Shown: piece after piece, positions 7,053 through 17,900 of the stretch
How the letters are laid out: each line of letters opens with the position of its first letter
Numbering within the stretch: position 1 is the first letter of the stretch
IMG/VR virus record: IMGVR_UViG_3300032278_000001
Reading direction: 5' to 3' (one strand)
Length of the DNA: 64,000 nucleotides
Source of the DNA: an uncultured virus (IMG/VR IMGVR_UViG_3300032278_000001)
Lineage: Duplodnaviria > Heunggongvirae > Uroviricota > Caudoviricetes
Notes under the pieces: generated by a model
The model's database searches: none
What the model was told of the DNA's origin: nothing
The model's input: the letters and a program-made list of their open reading frames with translations, nothing else
Position numbers and translations under genes: made by a program

Positions 7053-8912
7053 ATGAAAATAAACAACAAAATTCTAAGTGACATCACTGTTCACATGAAA
7101 TATGCAAGATATATACCAGAACTAAACAGAAGAGAGACGTGGGAAGAACTAGTGAATAGAAATATATCAATGCATTTAAAAAAATATCCTAAACTACAGG
7201 ATGAAATTAAAAATGCATATGAATTTGTTTATGATAAAAAGATTCTTCCATCAATGAGATCTATGCAATTTGGTGGTAAACCAATTGAAATATCCCCAAA
7301 TAGAATTTATAATTGTGCCTACATGCCAATTGATTCAGTTGATTCATTCTCAGAGTGCATGTTTCTACTATTAGGGGGAACCGGAGTAGGTTACTCTGTA
7401 CAAAAACATCATGTTGTACAATTACCGTCAATTAATAAACCTTACACAAAAAGAACAAAAAGATTTTTAATTAGTGACTCAATAGAAGGATGGGCTGACT
7501 CAGTAAAGGTTCTTATTAAATCATACCTTAATGGTAGATCATCTCAAATTGAATTTGATTTCTCAGACATTAGACCTAAAGGTGCTAGACTAGTAACATC
7601 AGGAGGTAAAGCCCCTGGACCTCAACCACTTAAGGAGTGTCTAGTTAAAATTGAAGGTCTTTTAAATGCTAAAGAAAATGGTGATACATTATCTACATTA
7701 GAAGCTCATGATATTGTGTGCCACATTGCTGATGCTGTATTAGCGGGTGGCATAAGAAGAGCTGCATTAATTAGTTTATTTTCAGCATATGATGAAGAAA
7801 TGATTTCATGTAAAACTGGAAACTGGTGGGAAACAAATCCTCAGAGAGGAAGATCTAACAATTCTGCCGTATTAATGAGACATAAGATAACTAAAAGATT
7901 CTTTATGGATTTATGGAAACGTATAGAGTTATCTGGATCTGGTGAACCGGGTATTTACTTTAATAATGACAAAGATTGGGGTACTAATCCTTGTTGTGAA
8001 ATTGCTTTACGTCCTTATCAGTTCTGTAACTTATGTGAAGTAAACGTTTCAAATGTAGAATCACAAGAAGACTTAAATGAAAGAGTTAAGAGAGCAACAT
8101 TCATTGGAACACTCCAGGCCGGGTATACTAACTTTCATTATTTAAGAGACGTATGGCAAGAGACTACTGAAAAAGATGCACTGATTGGTATATCAATGAC
8201 TGGAATTGCAAGCGGTAAAGTATTAAAGCTTAATATGTCTGAGTCAGCAGAAATAGTAAAGAAAGAGAATACACGTGTAGCTAAACTAATAGGCATTAAA
8301 AGATCTGCAAGAACTACTGCTGTTAAACCTGCTGGGACAACATCATTAACATTAGGAACAAGTTCAGGTATCCATGCTTGGCATTCTAATTATTATGTAC
8401 GTAGATTACGTGTAGGTAAAAATGAGTCAATATATACTTATCTTTCAGTTAATCATCCTGAGTTAGTTGAAGATGAATACTTTAGACCACATGATACAGC
8501 AGTTATTAGTATTCCACAAAAAGCTCCAGAAGGAGCTATCTTAAGAACAGAGTCTCCATTTGAACTATTAGAAAGAGTAAAAAGAGTTGCTACAGAATGG
8601 GTTAGACCAGGGCATAGGAAAGGATCTAATACTCACAATGTTTCAGCTACAATTTCCTTAAAGGAAAATGATTGGGATGAAGCAGGAGAATGGATGTGGA
8701 AAAATAAAGACTACTATAATGGGTTAGCTGTTTTACCTTATGATGGTGGTAACTATACTCAAGCACCCTTTGAAAGTATACCAAAAAGAAAATATATAGA
8801 AATGTTAAAACACTTAGTAGATATTGATCTATCTAAGATAATAGAAAAAGATGATAATACAGATCTTAAAGGTGAACTAGCTTGTGCTGGCGGATCCTGT
8901 GAAGTTAGATAA
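7053..8912 (+). CDS. nrdJ: Class II (adenosylcobalamin-dependent) ribonucleotide reductase
   Basis: KYAR..RRETWEE, LPSMR, YNCAY, GGIRRAALI, TNPCCEI, FCNL, VKPAGT and C-terminal ACAGGSCE; no adjacent small subunit. Confidence 0.92.
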   Translation: MKINNKILSDITVHMKYARYIPELNRRETWEELVNRNISMHLKKYPKLQDEIKNAYEFVYDKKILPSMRSMQFGGKPIEISPNRIYNCAYMPIDSVDSFSECMFLLLGGTGVGYSVQKHHVVQLPSINKPYTKRTKRFLISDSIEGWADSVKVLIKSYLNGRSSQIEFDFSDIRPKGARLVTSGGKAPGPQPLKECLVKIEGLLNAKENGDTLSTLEAHDIVCHIADAVLAGGIRRAALISLFSAYDEEMISCKTGNWWETNPQRGRSNNSAVLMRHKITKRFFMDLWKRIELSGSGEPGIYFNNDKDWGTNPCCEIALRPYQFCNLCEVNVSNVESQEDLNERVKRATFIGTLQAGYTNFHYLRDVWQETTEKDALIGISMTGIASGKVLKLNMSESAEIVKKENTRVAKLIGIKRSARTTAVKPAGTTSLTLGTSSGIHAWHSNYYVRRLRVGKNESIYTYLSVNHPELVEDEYFRPHDTAVISIPQKAPEGAILRTESPFELLERVKRVATEWVRPGHRKGSNTHNVSATISLKENDWDEAGEWMWKNKDYYNGLAVLPYDGGNYTQAPFESIPKRKYIEMLKHLVDIDLSKIIEKDDNTDLKGELACAGGSCEVR

Positions 8913-8941
8913 ATAAATTTAGTTTAATTTAAAATTATTAA

Positions 8942-9274
8942 ATGGAGAAATGTAAGAAAGAACGTTACAAACCCTTACCTGATTATCTTGCTATAGGTCC
9001 TTCTAGTATACATGGAGCGGGTATATTTGCTACAGAAGATATACCAAAAGAAATAATTATAGGTATAACTCATATATATGACCCAGAATTTCAACATAAC
9101 TTTATAAGAACTCCTTTAGGAGGATTTGTTAATCATTCTGAGTCAGCTAATTGTGAATTGATTGAAGAAGATAATGATTACCATTATAAGAAATTAAAAA
9201 CACTTAGAAAGATAGAACATGGAGAAGAACTTACATTAAAGTATTCTCTTTATGATATATGTGATTACTTATAA
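8942..9274 (+). CDS. SET-domain protein (putative lysine methyltransferase)
   Basis: SSIHGAGIFATEDI, GFVNHSESANC, IEHGEELTLKY. Confidence 0.88.
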   Translation: MEKCKKERYKPLPDYLAIGPSSIHGAGIFATEDIPKEIIIGITHIYDPEFQHNFIRTPLGGFVNHSESANCELIEEDNDYHYKKLKTLRKIEHGEELTLKYSLYDICDYL

Positions 9275-9277
9275 TAA

Positions 9278-12200
9278 TTACTTTATATAGAAACTTTTTC
9301 TTCGTTTAAATGATTCCCACTTATTATAGGTATACCAAATTGGGACAACGTCTCCCCATTCTTTGTTTAATTTCATCATACCTTTCTTAGGTTTTCTTTG
9401 ATAGTAGAATCTCTTATCATTTAACATTTCTTCTTCTGTATTCCATAATGAGTATAAAGGATGTCTAAAAGTTAATGAGACAGCACCACCAATTTCTCCT
9501 AAAGTTCTTGTAGCCGCAATAGGGGATTTCATCATCTGCATTACTTGCTCATATGATTCACTTGCAAGAGGCCAAAATAATACTTGTTCTTTATATAATC
9601 TATCTGTTTGATATAATGCTACATTCTGTAGTCTTCTTCCAAAGGTATCTGCTTTACACTCTCTACCTTTTCCTTCACAATCCCACATATGCATCATTAA
9701 AGATTTTAAATAGAAAGTCATATAGAATAACATAACTTCTGCAGCAGTTCTCATAATATTCCTCATATCATTCTTTCCTCTTTCACCTCTAAACTCTTTA
9801 TAGTTCTGACCCATATTCATAAGAGTCTCCATTGATCTTACAGTTTTTATAGAATATAAAAGGAATTTACCCGTGGTTATATATCTTCCTTCTAACCAAC
9901 CTAAATTCTCATCAAAGTATTCTGATCTAAATCTTGCTTTTATTGCTGGAGCAACCCACTTGTGAAACTGTGCAGCTAATTGACCAAGAGCATATTGTTG
10001 AATAGCCATTCTATCTTCCTTAGCATAGTTACCATGAACTTGTTTATTTACTTCTCTTATATAATTTCTTAACTCATGTCTTGCAGCAGAATTCCAATCC
10101 ATCTTTTTATCTCTTCCATATATTTGGATTTGATCATATCCCTCTTTCATTTTAAATTCTCCTGTCTGATTATTATAGGTAAGAGCTTTATATAATGAAT
10201 CACTTTCTCCTGTTTCAGAATTCCAAGCTTTAGAGCTTAATACAATAGCAAGTCCAACTTTACTTTGTACATTCCATTCTCCAGCATCTTGAAGAATATA
10301 TCCAAAATTCATAAATTTTTGCCAATAAGAGTCTCTACCTGTTGTTCTTGCTGTCTCACGCATATCTGACTTTAAATCCAACATTCTAAGATATTGTATA
10401 AAAGCTATAGTTTTATTAGGTGCTGCAGATTTATTATTACCCTTCCCTACTTCAGCTATACTTTGGAACATACCTTCTATACCGTGTGTATTAAGTAAAG
10501 CAACTGCTTCAATATGTGCTTTAGTTCCAAAATATCTTCCCCCTAAACCTTCAATAGCATTATTTGCTCTACCCATTAAATAGTTATTAAGGTTACCAAA
10601 TACATTAAATGCTACATAAGTTGCTGATGAAACTTGTATAAGTCCTGCTGAAACCTTATCCATAAATTTCTTTGTTTGCTTGTCATTATCATAAAATACC
10701 ATTTTCATCCATTGCTTTGCTTTCCGTACAGTACGTGCCTCAGTTCTAGTTGTAGATGTACCCTGTCTTCCTACAACAGCACTTGCTTTATTTTTAGTCC
10801 ATGCTAATCCTTGATCAGTTAGATCCGCCCCAAGATTAAATGTTCTATTAACTAAATTCTCATCTTTATTATTAAATGTTTTTCTCTGAAGAACTTCAAT
10901 CATGGCTTTATATGTATCTTCTAACTCAGACATAACATGATAATTTTCAGTCATACCAATCATAAGTTTTAAGCTTTCTCCCATATCCTGACTAATCTCA
11001 GACTTTAAAGGTGTTTCTTTTCTTCTTCTTACTTCTCCTCTAAGAAAAGATAATTGGTCAGCATATCTTTTTGACATTTCTTCAGATTTTGCTTTACTCT
11101 TTTTATCTTTGAGTATTTCAATATTTTTTTCCAATTCAGCTATATCTCTTTCTTCTCTTGCACTACCAACATAATATAGTGGTAAATTATCTTCTGTTAT
11201 ATTACCATGCTCATCAACAAATACTTTAGTGACATTAGTTGTTGTTCTAAAAATATTTCTAACACCTCCAGGTAGATCTTTAATTGCTCCCATTGTTTTA
11301 GCCCACATGTGTGCTATAATGTTAGGTTTTGTGGATAACTCTTCTGTCATAGCTGCAGCAACTGTTGGTGCTTTACCAAGCATATGTAGTGTCTCAGGAA
11401 GTTTCTGCAATAGATCATCTTCATACATCTTTACAAATAAACTATAAAACTCTGTTTCTGCTCTCTCAACTTCAGTAACAGGATTTTGTAATTTAACCCA
11501 TTTCTCACTTAACATACTTTTCCCATCAACTGATGTTTGTTCTGTTACCCAATCCTTTTTAACTATTCGTAATGGTCTATCTTTTGTTCTTTCTACTTGA
11601 CCAGTAAAATCATCATTCTCTCTAGTGACTCTATCATAGTCTACAAATTCATAATATTTATTTTCATATTCATCAAAAGCTTCATCCTCAATTCCTGCAC
11701 GTCTTGTCCAATATCCACCATAAGTAGTAGAAACAAATCTTTCAAATTGATGTCTTTCATCTTTAAACTCTTCTGTAAATTTATGATACTTCCCATCCTT
11801 ATATCCTTCAGGACTTCTGATTTCAGCTCTCATAAAATCAGTTTTTTCTTGACGATTCTTATATACCTTTTTATTGTGTGCTATCTCTTCATCCGTAGCA
11901 TCCTCTAAGTTTTCAATATAATTATATTTTATCCAATCACCGTTTGAATTTTTTAGTTTTTTATCAATAGAATTTAATATATCATAAAATTGCTTACCTA
12001 TTTTCTTTACATAACTACCATCAAAAGTACCATCATCATTATAATTTAACATCCAAGTAAATATATTTCCTTTGGTTTTACCTTTAAGTCTTTCTAGTTT
12101 TCCTAGGGCTCTATTAACCATTTCAACTTTTAAAGCAATCTCATCCAACATCTCCTGTCTTTTAGATTTAAACATCTTATCCATTACAGCAAGTATTGTG

Positions 12201-14905
12201 TCAGACGATGTTGACATATCACCCGTCATAGCCTCCATAACACCTATATCTTGACCTTCAATAGATCTTACACCTTTTATAATATCATGTAATGTGTCTT
12301 CATCAAGATCAGTTCTCATTGATTTCTCCTTTATAACTGCTTTAACATAGTTATCAATAGCAATATCAAACACACCTTCTGTTCTAGTAAGCTTGCCATC
12401 TACAGATTTAATTCCTGATAGCATATCAAGCGCATTTGTTAATTTTAATATTAAAGTCTGTTGCTCCTTAGAAAGACCTTCTACATATTTAAGTTGTGTA
12501 AGACCCCTATAATTCTCTATCATACGTCTAAAATTAAGAATTCTATTTATGTATTCTTTCTTACCAAAGTTATCCGGATTTGCAGCATACTCAGTAAATT
12601 CCTTAACATGATTAATACTGCTTTCTAAAAACTCTGTATACGTTGAGTCAACATGATTAGCTCTTAATGCAGCATTAAGCGCTGATATTTGAACATCTAT
12701 TTCTCTTATTACTTCTTTCTTAGTATTATCTAATGATAAATAACCTTTATTCTGTTTAGTAACTTCATTAAGAGATACCAAACCAGAACTAAGATTTGTT
12801 AATGCATCAACCATTGCATCATATAAATCTATAGATAAACCTTCTGAGTCAGCATATAATTCTTCTTCACTTAAGAAATCATCTAGAGCAACAACATTTA
12901 ATCTTGAATCAGATTCTTTTTGAAGATCATCTCTTTGCGTATTGTTTACACTCTCAGGAACAATATCATGTACAAGATCTTCATTCTTCATCAATGAATG
13001 AAATGTAGTACCTTTTATTGTAAACTTACCTGAAAACTCTTGGCCTTCTTTAGTGTTTGCAACATCTACTAATACATGATATGTTTGTGACTCATCATTA
13101 ACCTTATATCCTTGGTTAAGAAGTATTTGAGCATAAGTATTAGTTTGTATAGAATGCTTCATCTTTGTAGTTAACTTGAACTGTTCTTCTTTATTTCTAC
13201 TTGCTCTATACCAAACACTTCCTTCATTAACTGGGAACATTGATCTTCTATACATATTACTTAAGTAATCATGCTTGCTACTCTTTAGATCTATTATAGT
13301 AAGTTTACCATCTCTATCAATTTTAAGTAAATCAATTGTACCTGCAACCTTGCTAATTTCATCTGCAACCACAACCTGTGGTAATAGAATAGCTCCACTT
13401 CCTAATAATCCATCTACATAACTGCTAAGGGTGTTAAAAGCTTCTCTTCCTTGTTCTTCTGTTAATACCGCTCCCTCAAGGACTATATCTTCATAGACTT
13501 TACCAGACACAACACCATTGAGTATAGAATCAAAATCATTGCCCAGGTCCCTACTTAGTTCATACATTCCTTGATCCTCAAACTTACCACTTATCTTTTC
13601 TGTAGTTGATGCATAAATATCACCCGTGTCTATATTTACATATGTATGGGAATCTCTATCTAAGATTACAGGAGTAGTATTAAGATCAATAAATACATCC
13701 TCAGATTCAATAGCTACTTTAAAGAGGTTATCAATAATATTTTTTTGTATCTCATTTGCCTGACCCTTTGCGTTATCTACAATACGTTGTGTCTCAGTGG
13801 ATAATGAGTATTGTATCTTCTTAGACTTTTCAATCTTCATATCAAATTGAAGATTCTTTGTATTAAGCATCTTAGCTAATTCAGTCATTGACATTGACTT
13901 AATATTAGCCGGGTTGACCTTTAGAGTTCTACCTGTATAAGAAACAAGATAAGAAGAAACAAGATCTGCAAACCATTGCAATAACTCAGCAATCTTATCT
14001 GTCCATGATCTAGTTGGCGTTGTTTCATATTCTTTATTAAAATGTCTTGAGAGAGCCTGTGTTACTAATTCAAGATCTCTTTCTGTCTGATCAATGATTC
14101 TCTTATCTCTATATGAGTCATTAATCTCTTGCTTCAATTGAGGGAAATTCTTCCCAGCTTCATTTAAAAGAGAGTTAAACAGTTGTCTATTCCCACTTCT
14201 TACTGAGTTAATAAAAGGATGCAATACTTCTTCTACTGCTGTCTCAGTTGTTACTCTCCCTTTTATCAATATTACATTACCCCCAAAATAAAAACTTTTA
14301 ACTTTATCAAATCGTACTTTCCTTCCTGGAAGTTGTTCGTGAAGTTCTTCAGCTTCCTTAACTGTCATCCAATATGATTTTACATTTGGAAATAACTTTA
14401 ATAGATGTCTAACAAGTTCGTATATGTATGTCTTATCTTTATTGTTTCGTTCTTCTATAATGTCTTGTGTGGTAAACATATTGTTGTTAACCGTGACTCT
14501 GTATGTCTTTTTACTTCTGATTCGTTGTAGATTAATGGTATCTGCACTAATATTGTTATGTATAAGATATTTAGTTAATCTATTTAAGTTGTGTTCTAAT
14601 ACAACCGGGTCATGTGCTCTAGTTTCTTTATTACCGTGTACAACAAAAAATTCTCCTTGATGATTTGTTATGATACCATTTCTAGATAAGTTATTTAATA
14701 AAGCTTCTCCAAACTTACTCTTATCAAGAGAATATAAAACTTGCGTGTCATTTATAAGATCAGAAGCTTCCTCAGCAGATGGTATTTCATCTGTTTTAGC
14801 AGATTTTTGAAATCTGTCAATAATACTGTCAACAATTAAGTTATTGCCGTAGACCTCTTTTAAAGCCTTGTATTCAGTTGTATTTTTATTAAAGCACTTT
14901 GCCAT
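9278..14905 (-). CDS. Large putative ejection/cargo protein with PD-(D/E)XK nuclease-like domain and degenerate zincin domain
   Basis: AGTIDLL...IIDLKS...HSIQTNTY (about 13060-13670); AVEEVLHPF (about 14211-14240); directly downstream of the vRNAP gene. Confidence 0.75.
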   Translation of the reverse strand: MAKCFNKNTTEYKALKEVYGNNLIVDSIIDRFQKSAKTDEIPSAEEASDLINDTQVLYSLDKSKFGEALLNNLSRNGIITNHQGEFFVVHGNKETRAHDPVVLEHNLNRLTKYLIHNNISADTINLQRIRSKKTYRVTVNNNMFTTQDIIEERNNKDKTYIYELVRHLLKLFPNVKSYWMTVKEAEELHEQLPGRKVRFDKVKSFYFGGNVILIKGRVTTETAVEEVLHPFINSVRSGNRQLFNSLLNEAGKNFPQLKQEINDSYRDKRIIDQTERDLELVTQALSRHFNKEYETTPTRSWTDKIAELLQWFADLVSSYLVSYTGRTLKVNPANIKSMSMTELAKMLNTKNLQFDMKIEKSKKIQYSLSTETQRIVDNAKGQANEIQKNIIDNLFKVAIESEDVFIDLNTTPVILDRDSHTYVNIDTGDIYASTTEKISGKFEDQGMYELSRDLGNDFDSILNGVVSGKVYEDIVLEGAVLTEEQGREAFNTLSSYVDGLLGSGAILLPQVVVADEISKVAGTIDLLKIDRDGKLTIIDLKSSKHDYLSNMYRRSMFPVNEGSVWYRASRNKEEQFKLTTKMKHSIQTNTYAQILLNQGYKVNDESQTYHVLVDVANTKEGQEFSGKFTIKGTTFHSLMKNEDLVHDIVPESVNNTQRDDLQKESDSRLNVVALDDFLSEEELYADSEGLSIDLYDAMVDALTNLSSGLVSLNEVTKQNKGYLSLDNTKKEVIREIDVQISALNAALRANHVDSTYTEFLESSINHVKEFTEYAANPDNFGKKEYINRILNFRRMIENYRGLTQLKYVEGLSKEQQTLILKLTNALDMLSGIKSVDGKLTRTEGVFDIAIDNYVKAVIKEKSMRTDLDEDTLHDIIKGVRSIEGQDIGVMEAMTGDMSTSSDTILAVMDKMFKSKRQEMLDEIALKVEMVNRALGKLERLKGKTKGNIFTWMLNYNDDGTFDGSYVKKIGKQFYDILNSIDKKLKNSNGDWIKYNYIENLEDATDEEIAHNKKVYKNRQEKTDFMRAEIRSPEGYKDGKYHKFTEEFKDERHQFERFVSTTYGGYWTRRAGIEDEAFDEYENKYYEFVDYDRVTRENDDFTGQVERTKDRPLRIVKKDWVTEQTSVDGKSMLSEKWVKLQNPVTEVERAETEFYSLFVKMYEDDLLQKLPETLHMLGKAPTVAAAMTEELSTKPNIIAHMWAKTMGAIKDLPGGVRNIFRTTTNVTKVFVDEHGNITEDNLPLYYVGSAREERDIAELEKNIEILKDKKSKAKSEEMSKRYADQLSFLRGEVRRRKETPLKSEISQDMGESLKLMIGMTENYHVMSELEDTYKAMIEVLQRKTFNNKDENLVNRTFNLGADLTDQGLAWTKNKASAVVGRQGTSTTRTEARTVRKAKQWMKMVFYDNDKQTKKFMDKVSAGLIQVSSATYVAFNVFGNLNNYLMGRANNAIEGLGGRYFGTKAHIEAVALLNTHGIEGMFQSIAEVGKGNNKSAAPNKTIAFIQYLRMLDLKSDMRETARTTGRDSYWQKFMNFGYILQDAGEWNVQSKVGLAIVLSSKAWNSETGESDSLYKALTYNNQTGEFKMKEGYDQIQIYGRDKKMDWNSAARHELRNYIREVNKQVHGNYAKEDRMAIQQYALGQLAAQFHKWVAPAIKARFRSEYFDENLGWLEGRYITTGKFLLYSIKTVRSMETLMNMGQNYKEFRGERGKNDMRNIMRTAAEVMLFYMTFYLKSLMMHMWDCEGKGRECKADTFGRRLQNVALYQTDRLYKEQVLFWPLASESYEQVMQMMKSPIAATRTLGEIGGAVSLTFRHPLYSLWNTEEEMLNDKRFYYQRKPKKGMMKLNKEWGDVVPIWYTYNKWESFKRRKSFYIK

Positions 14906-14916
14906 ATTATATTAGT

Positions 14917-17900
14917 TTAGTAACAGCTCTTTAGTCTGTCTATAAATTGTTTTTCATTATCCAGATTATTTTGATTTTCAAAGATAGTAAATAATTCATT
15001 AATAGTAGTTATATCTAAAGCATCCATTAATTTAAGTTTACCTCTACTGTCAAGACTATTCCAGTATTCAGTGATAAGTGGGTATTGATCACTATCATCA
15101 GTCTGTTCACTAGTATCTTTAGACTTATTTAATATTGCATCTAAATCAACAAATCTTCTGTTATCTATTTCAAACCCTCCTTCAGCATCAGTTTCAAGAG
15201 TAGATTCAATTGAATTCTCATCTTGTTCTTCTCCTTGCTTCTTAGTTGCTGTATATCCTTTATCAGTAGCCTTTACATCATCAGTTTCAGAAAAAGCTTT
15301 ATTTTCTCCTCTCTTAGCATCAAAGTCAAACATTTCTTCAAAGCCTTCACCTATATCATCTCCTATACCAAGAACAAGATCATCCCATCCTTCTGCTTTA
15401 TCTTCTTCATTCTGTCTTAATTGTTTATATGTTGGTCTTTGTCCATATAAGTAAGCCGGTCCTTTCTGTTGACGTGATCCTAATTGATCATATTTAACAT
15501 ATTCAGCAATTTGACCTAAGAACTCTCCATCATTATTCATTACATCAAACATGTCTACATTAATTGTTCCATCCCCTGGTTGGATCATTCCTTCTAGTTT
15601 ATAATGTCTATATTCTTTATTACCTCTTAAGTCTTCATCTATAACAGTAAGAGCATACGGGAAGTTTGCAATTATTCTAGGTCTTCCTTTTTTATCTGAT
15701 ACAGTATATCCTATTCCTAAATCTTTAAGTATATCCTTAGTTGTATTAAGGGCACTCAGTTTTTTACCAGTTAATGGTTTACCATTAGCAAACATTGAAT
15801 TTTTACCTAGATCAAATAATGCGTTAATTCTAAGAGTACCCTCATCTAATCTTTCATTTGTTCTATTGTTAAATGTCTTTGATGCATGTTTAGCTCTATA
15901 TTTCACATAATCTCTTGTTACATATCTTCCAGTTTCTTTATTAGTAACAAATTCTGTCTGAGCCATTTTTAAACCATCAAGCATTGCTCTATCAATTACA
16001 GTAAGACCTTGACTAATTGTGAAGTCTGAATGACTCATTAACATTTTAATTAGTTTATCATTTAAATGATTCTGAGTAAGAGATGTTATTACTAACTCTC
16101 TCATTAAAGCAAGTGGATCTATATTTTCACTTGTTTCTTTGCCTTCTATAACTACACCATATCCATCCTTCTTCTTATACTTATCATATGTTTTCTGATC
16201 AAATTCACCTGATCTTAAAGATTGAAATGCTTGTTCTACACTGCTATATTTTTTTGTTTTTCCTTTAAAGTCATATTTAAATTTACGTTCAGCAAGGTTA
16301 GATAACAATTTAGTATTAGAGTCACCTTCTTCTGCATAATAATTAATATTTATTGTTGACTCAGGAATAATAGCTTCTTCAGCATCAACAACAAATGATT
16401 GATCTAATTTCTTTGAATTAATCTGAGTGATAAACTTATTACTATTTACACCTTCAGTAAATCCTACTATAAGTTCATATTGTAATTCTTTATATGTAGC
16501 ACCAAATATACGGTCATATAGTTTATCTGAAGGTTTACTGTCTAAGAATAACTTATGAACAGGAGTAACAACATTAAGTTGATTTTGAAGTAAAGATGCA
16601 GGAACTACATTTATAAAACTTTCAGAATTAAATCTAAGACCATCTTTTACTGTTAAATAGTTAATTAAATGCATCAGATCTTGTCTTGTGTTAACATCAC
16701 TATATAACTCTAACATTGATGATTGTAAATTATTTAATTCTTCATCAGTGAATTGTGTCCAGTTACTTGTTATTAATCTACTAAACCCTTGTTTATTATC
16801 CTCATGTTTTGTATCTATAGCTACTATATGTTCATTTAAGAAATAATTATCTCTACCTTTTGATGTGATGTATCTTCTCATCCTATCTACAACAGATATT
16901 ACTGTAAACTCTTCACCTAGTGCATCATATATATATCCATTACTTAAGGATGCAAGTTGATCAGCATGTGTGTCATCAAACTTTAACCATTGTATATATG
17001 CTTTACCTGCTAGGTAACTTGTTATTTCACTAGATAATACTCTTCTTTGTTCAGAGTTTATTCTTCCTTGATTTAGATTATTTAATAGAGAGTCTCTTAA
17101 TCTTAAAAATGGGGTTGTTCTATTTAATAAGACTTTAGGTAAAACTTTTTCATTAATTTCTTGTAATATTTGCCAATATGTAGATTGGAATGTCTTACCA
17201 TCATTAAATATACTTCTAACATCAAAAGGTATATTTGTTTTACTAAATTCTTTATTGTTTAGATCTAATCCTAACTCTGCAGCTGCATCATAAGCATCCT
17301 CTATTGCTGCTGTATCTTGTCCAGTTCCTTTTGCAATATTAAGTAGTACACCAACATTTCTTACAAAATCTGTATATGCTTTTGCTTTTTGGAATTCTTG
17401 TAATACAGCTAAGTCAAATAATGCTTGATCATTTGTTAATACTTCAAAGTTAGATCCTTTAGCTTCTTTAACATATCCTGCTTTTGTACTTCCTGCACTA
17501 CGGTTAATTTTTGTTTCATTAATAAATTTAACCATTTCTTCTGTGGATACTTCTGGATTTGCTTGAGTTTCTTTATCAGTTGCTTTACGTTTAAGAACTG
17601 ATTTTTCAATAAAAATAATTCTATCATTTAATCTCTTATCAAAACCAGCTTCCATCTTTCTTTTTGTACCCAACTCTTCGTAAATTAAATTAATAGCAGG
17701 GTGATTTATCATTACTACTGCTGTATTTATATCTACTCCCATAGCAAGTAAAGTACCTAATACTGGAAGAGCTGGTTTAACTATACCTAATTTTTGTGCA
17801 AGTTGTTCATTTGCATTATCAACAATACCAGAAATAAGTGCAGAAATAGCAAATTGTTTTCTATATAAGTTAGAATCTTCTTCTCCTGTCTCAGTATTAA

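Noticed and set aside
13060..13670. CRISPR-associated Cas4
   Set aside because: No Fe-S cysteines, no CRISPR array and no other cas genes in the window.
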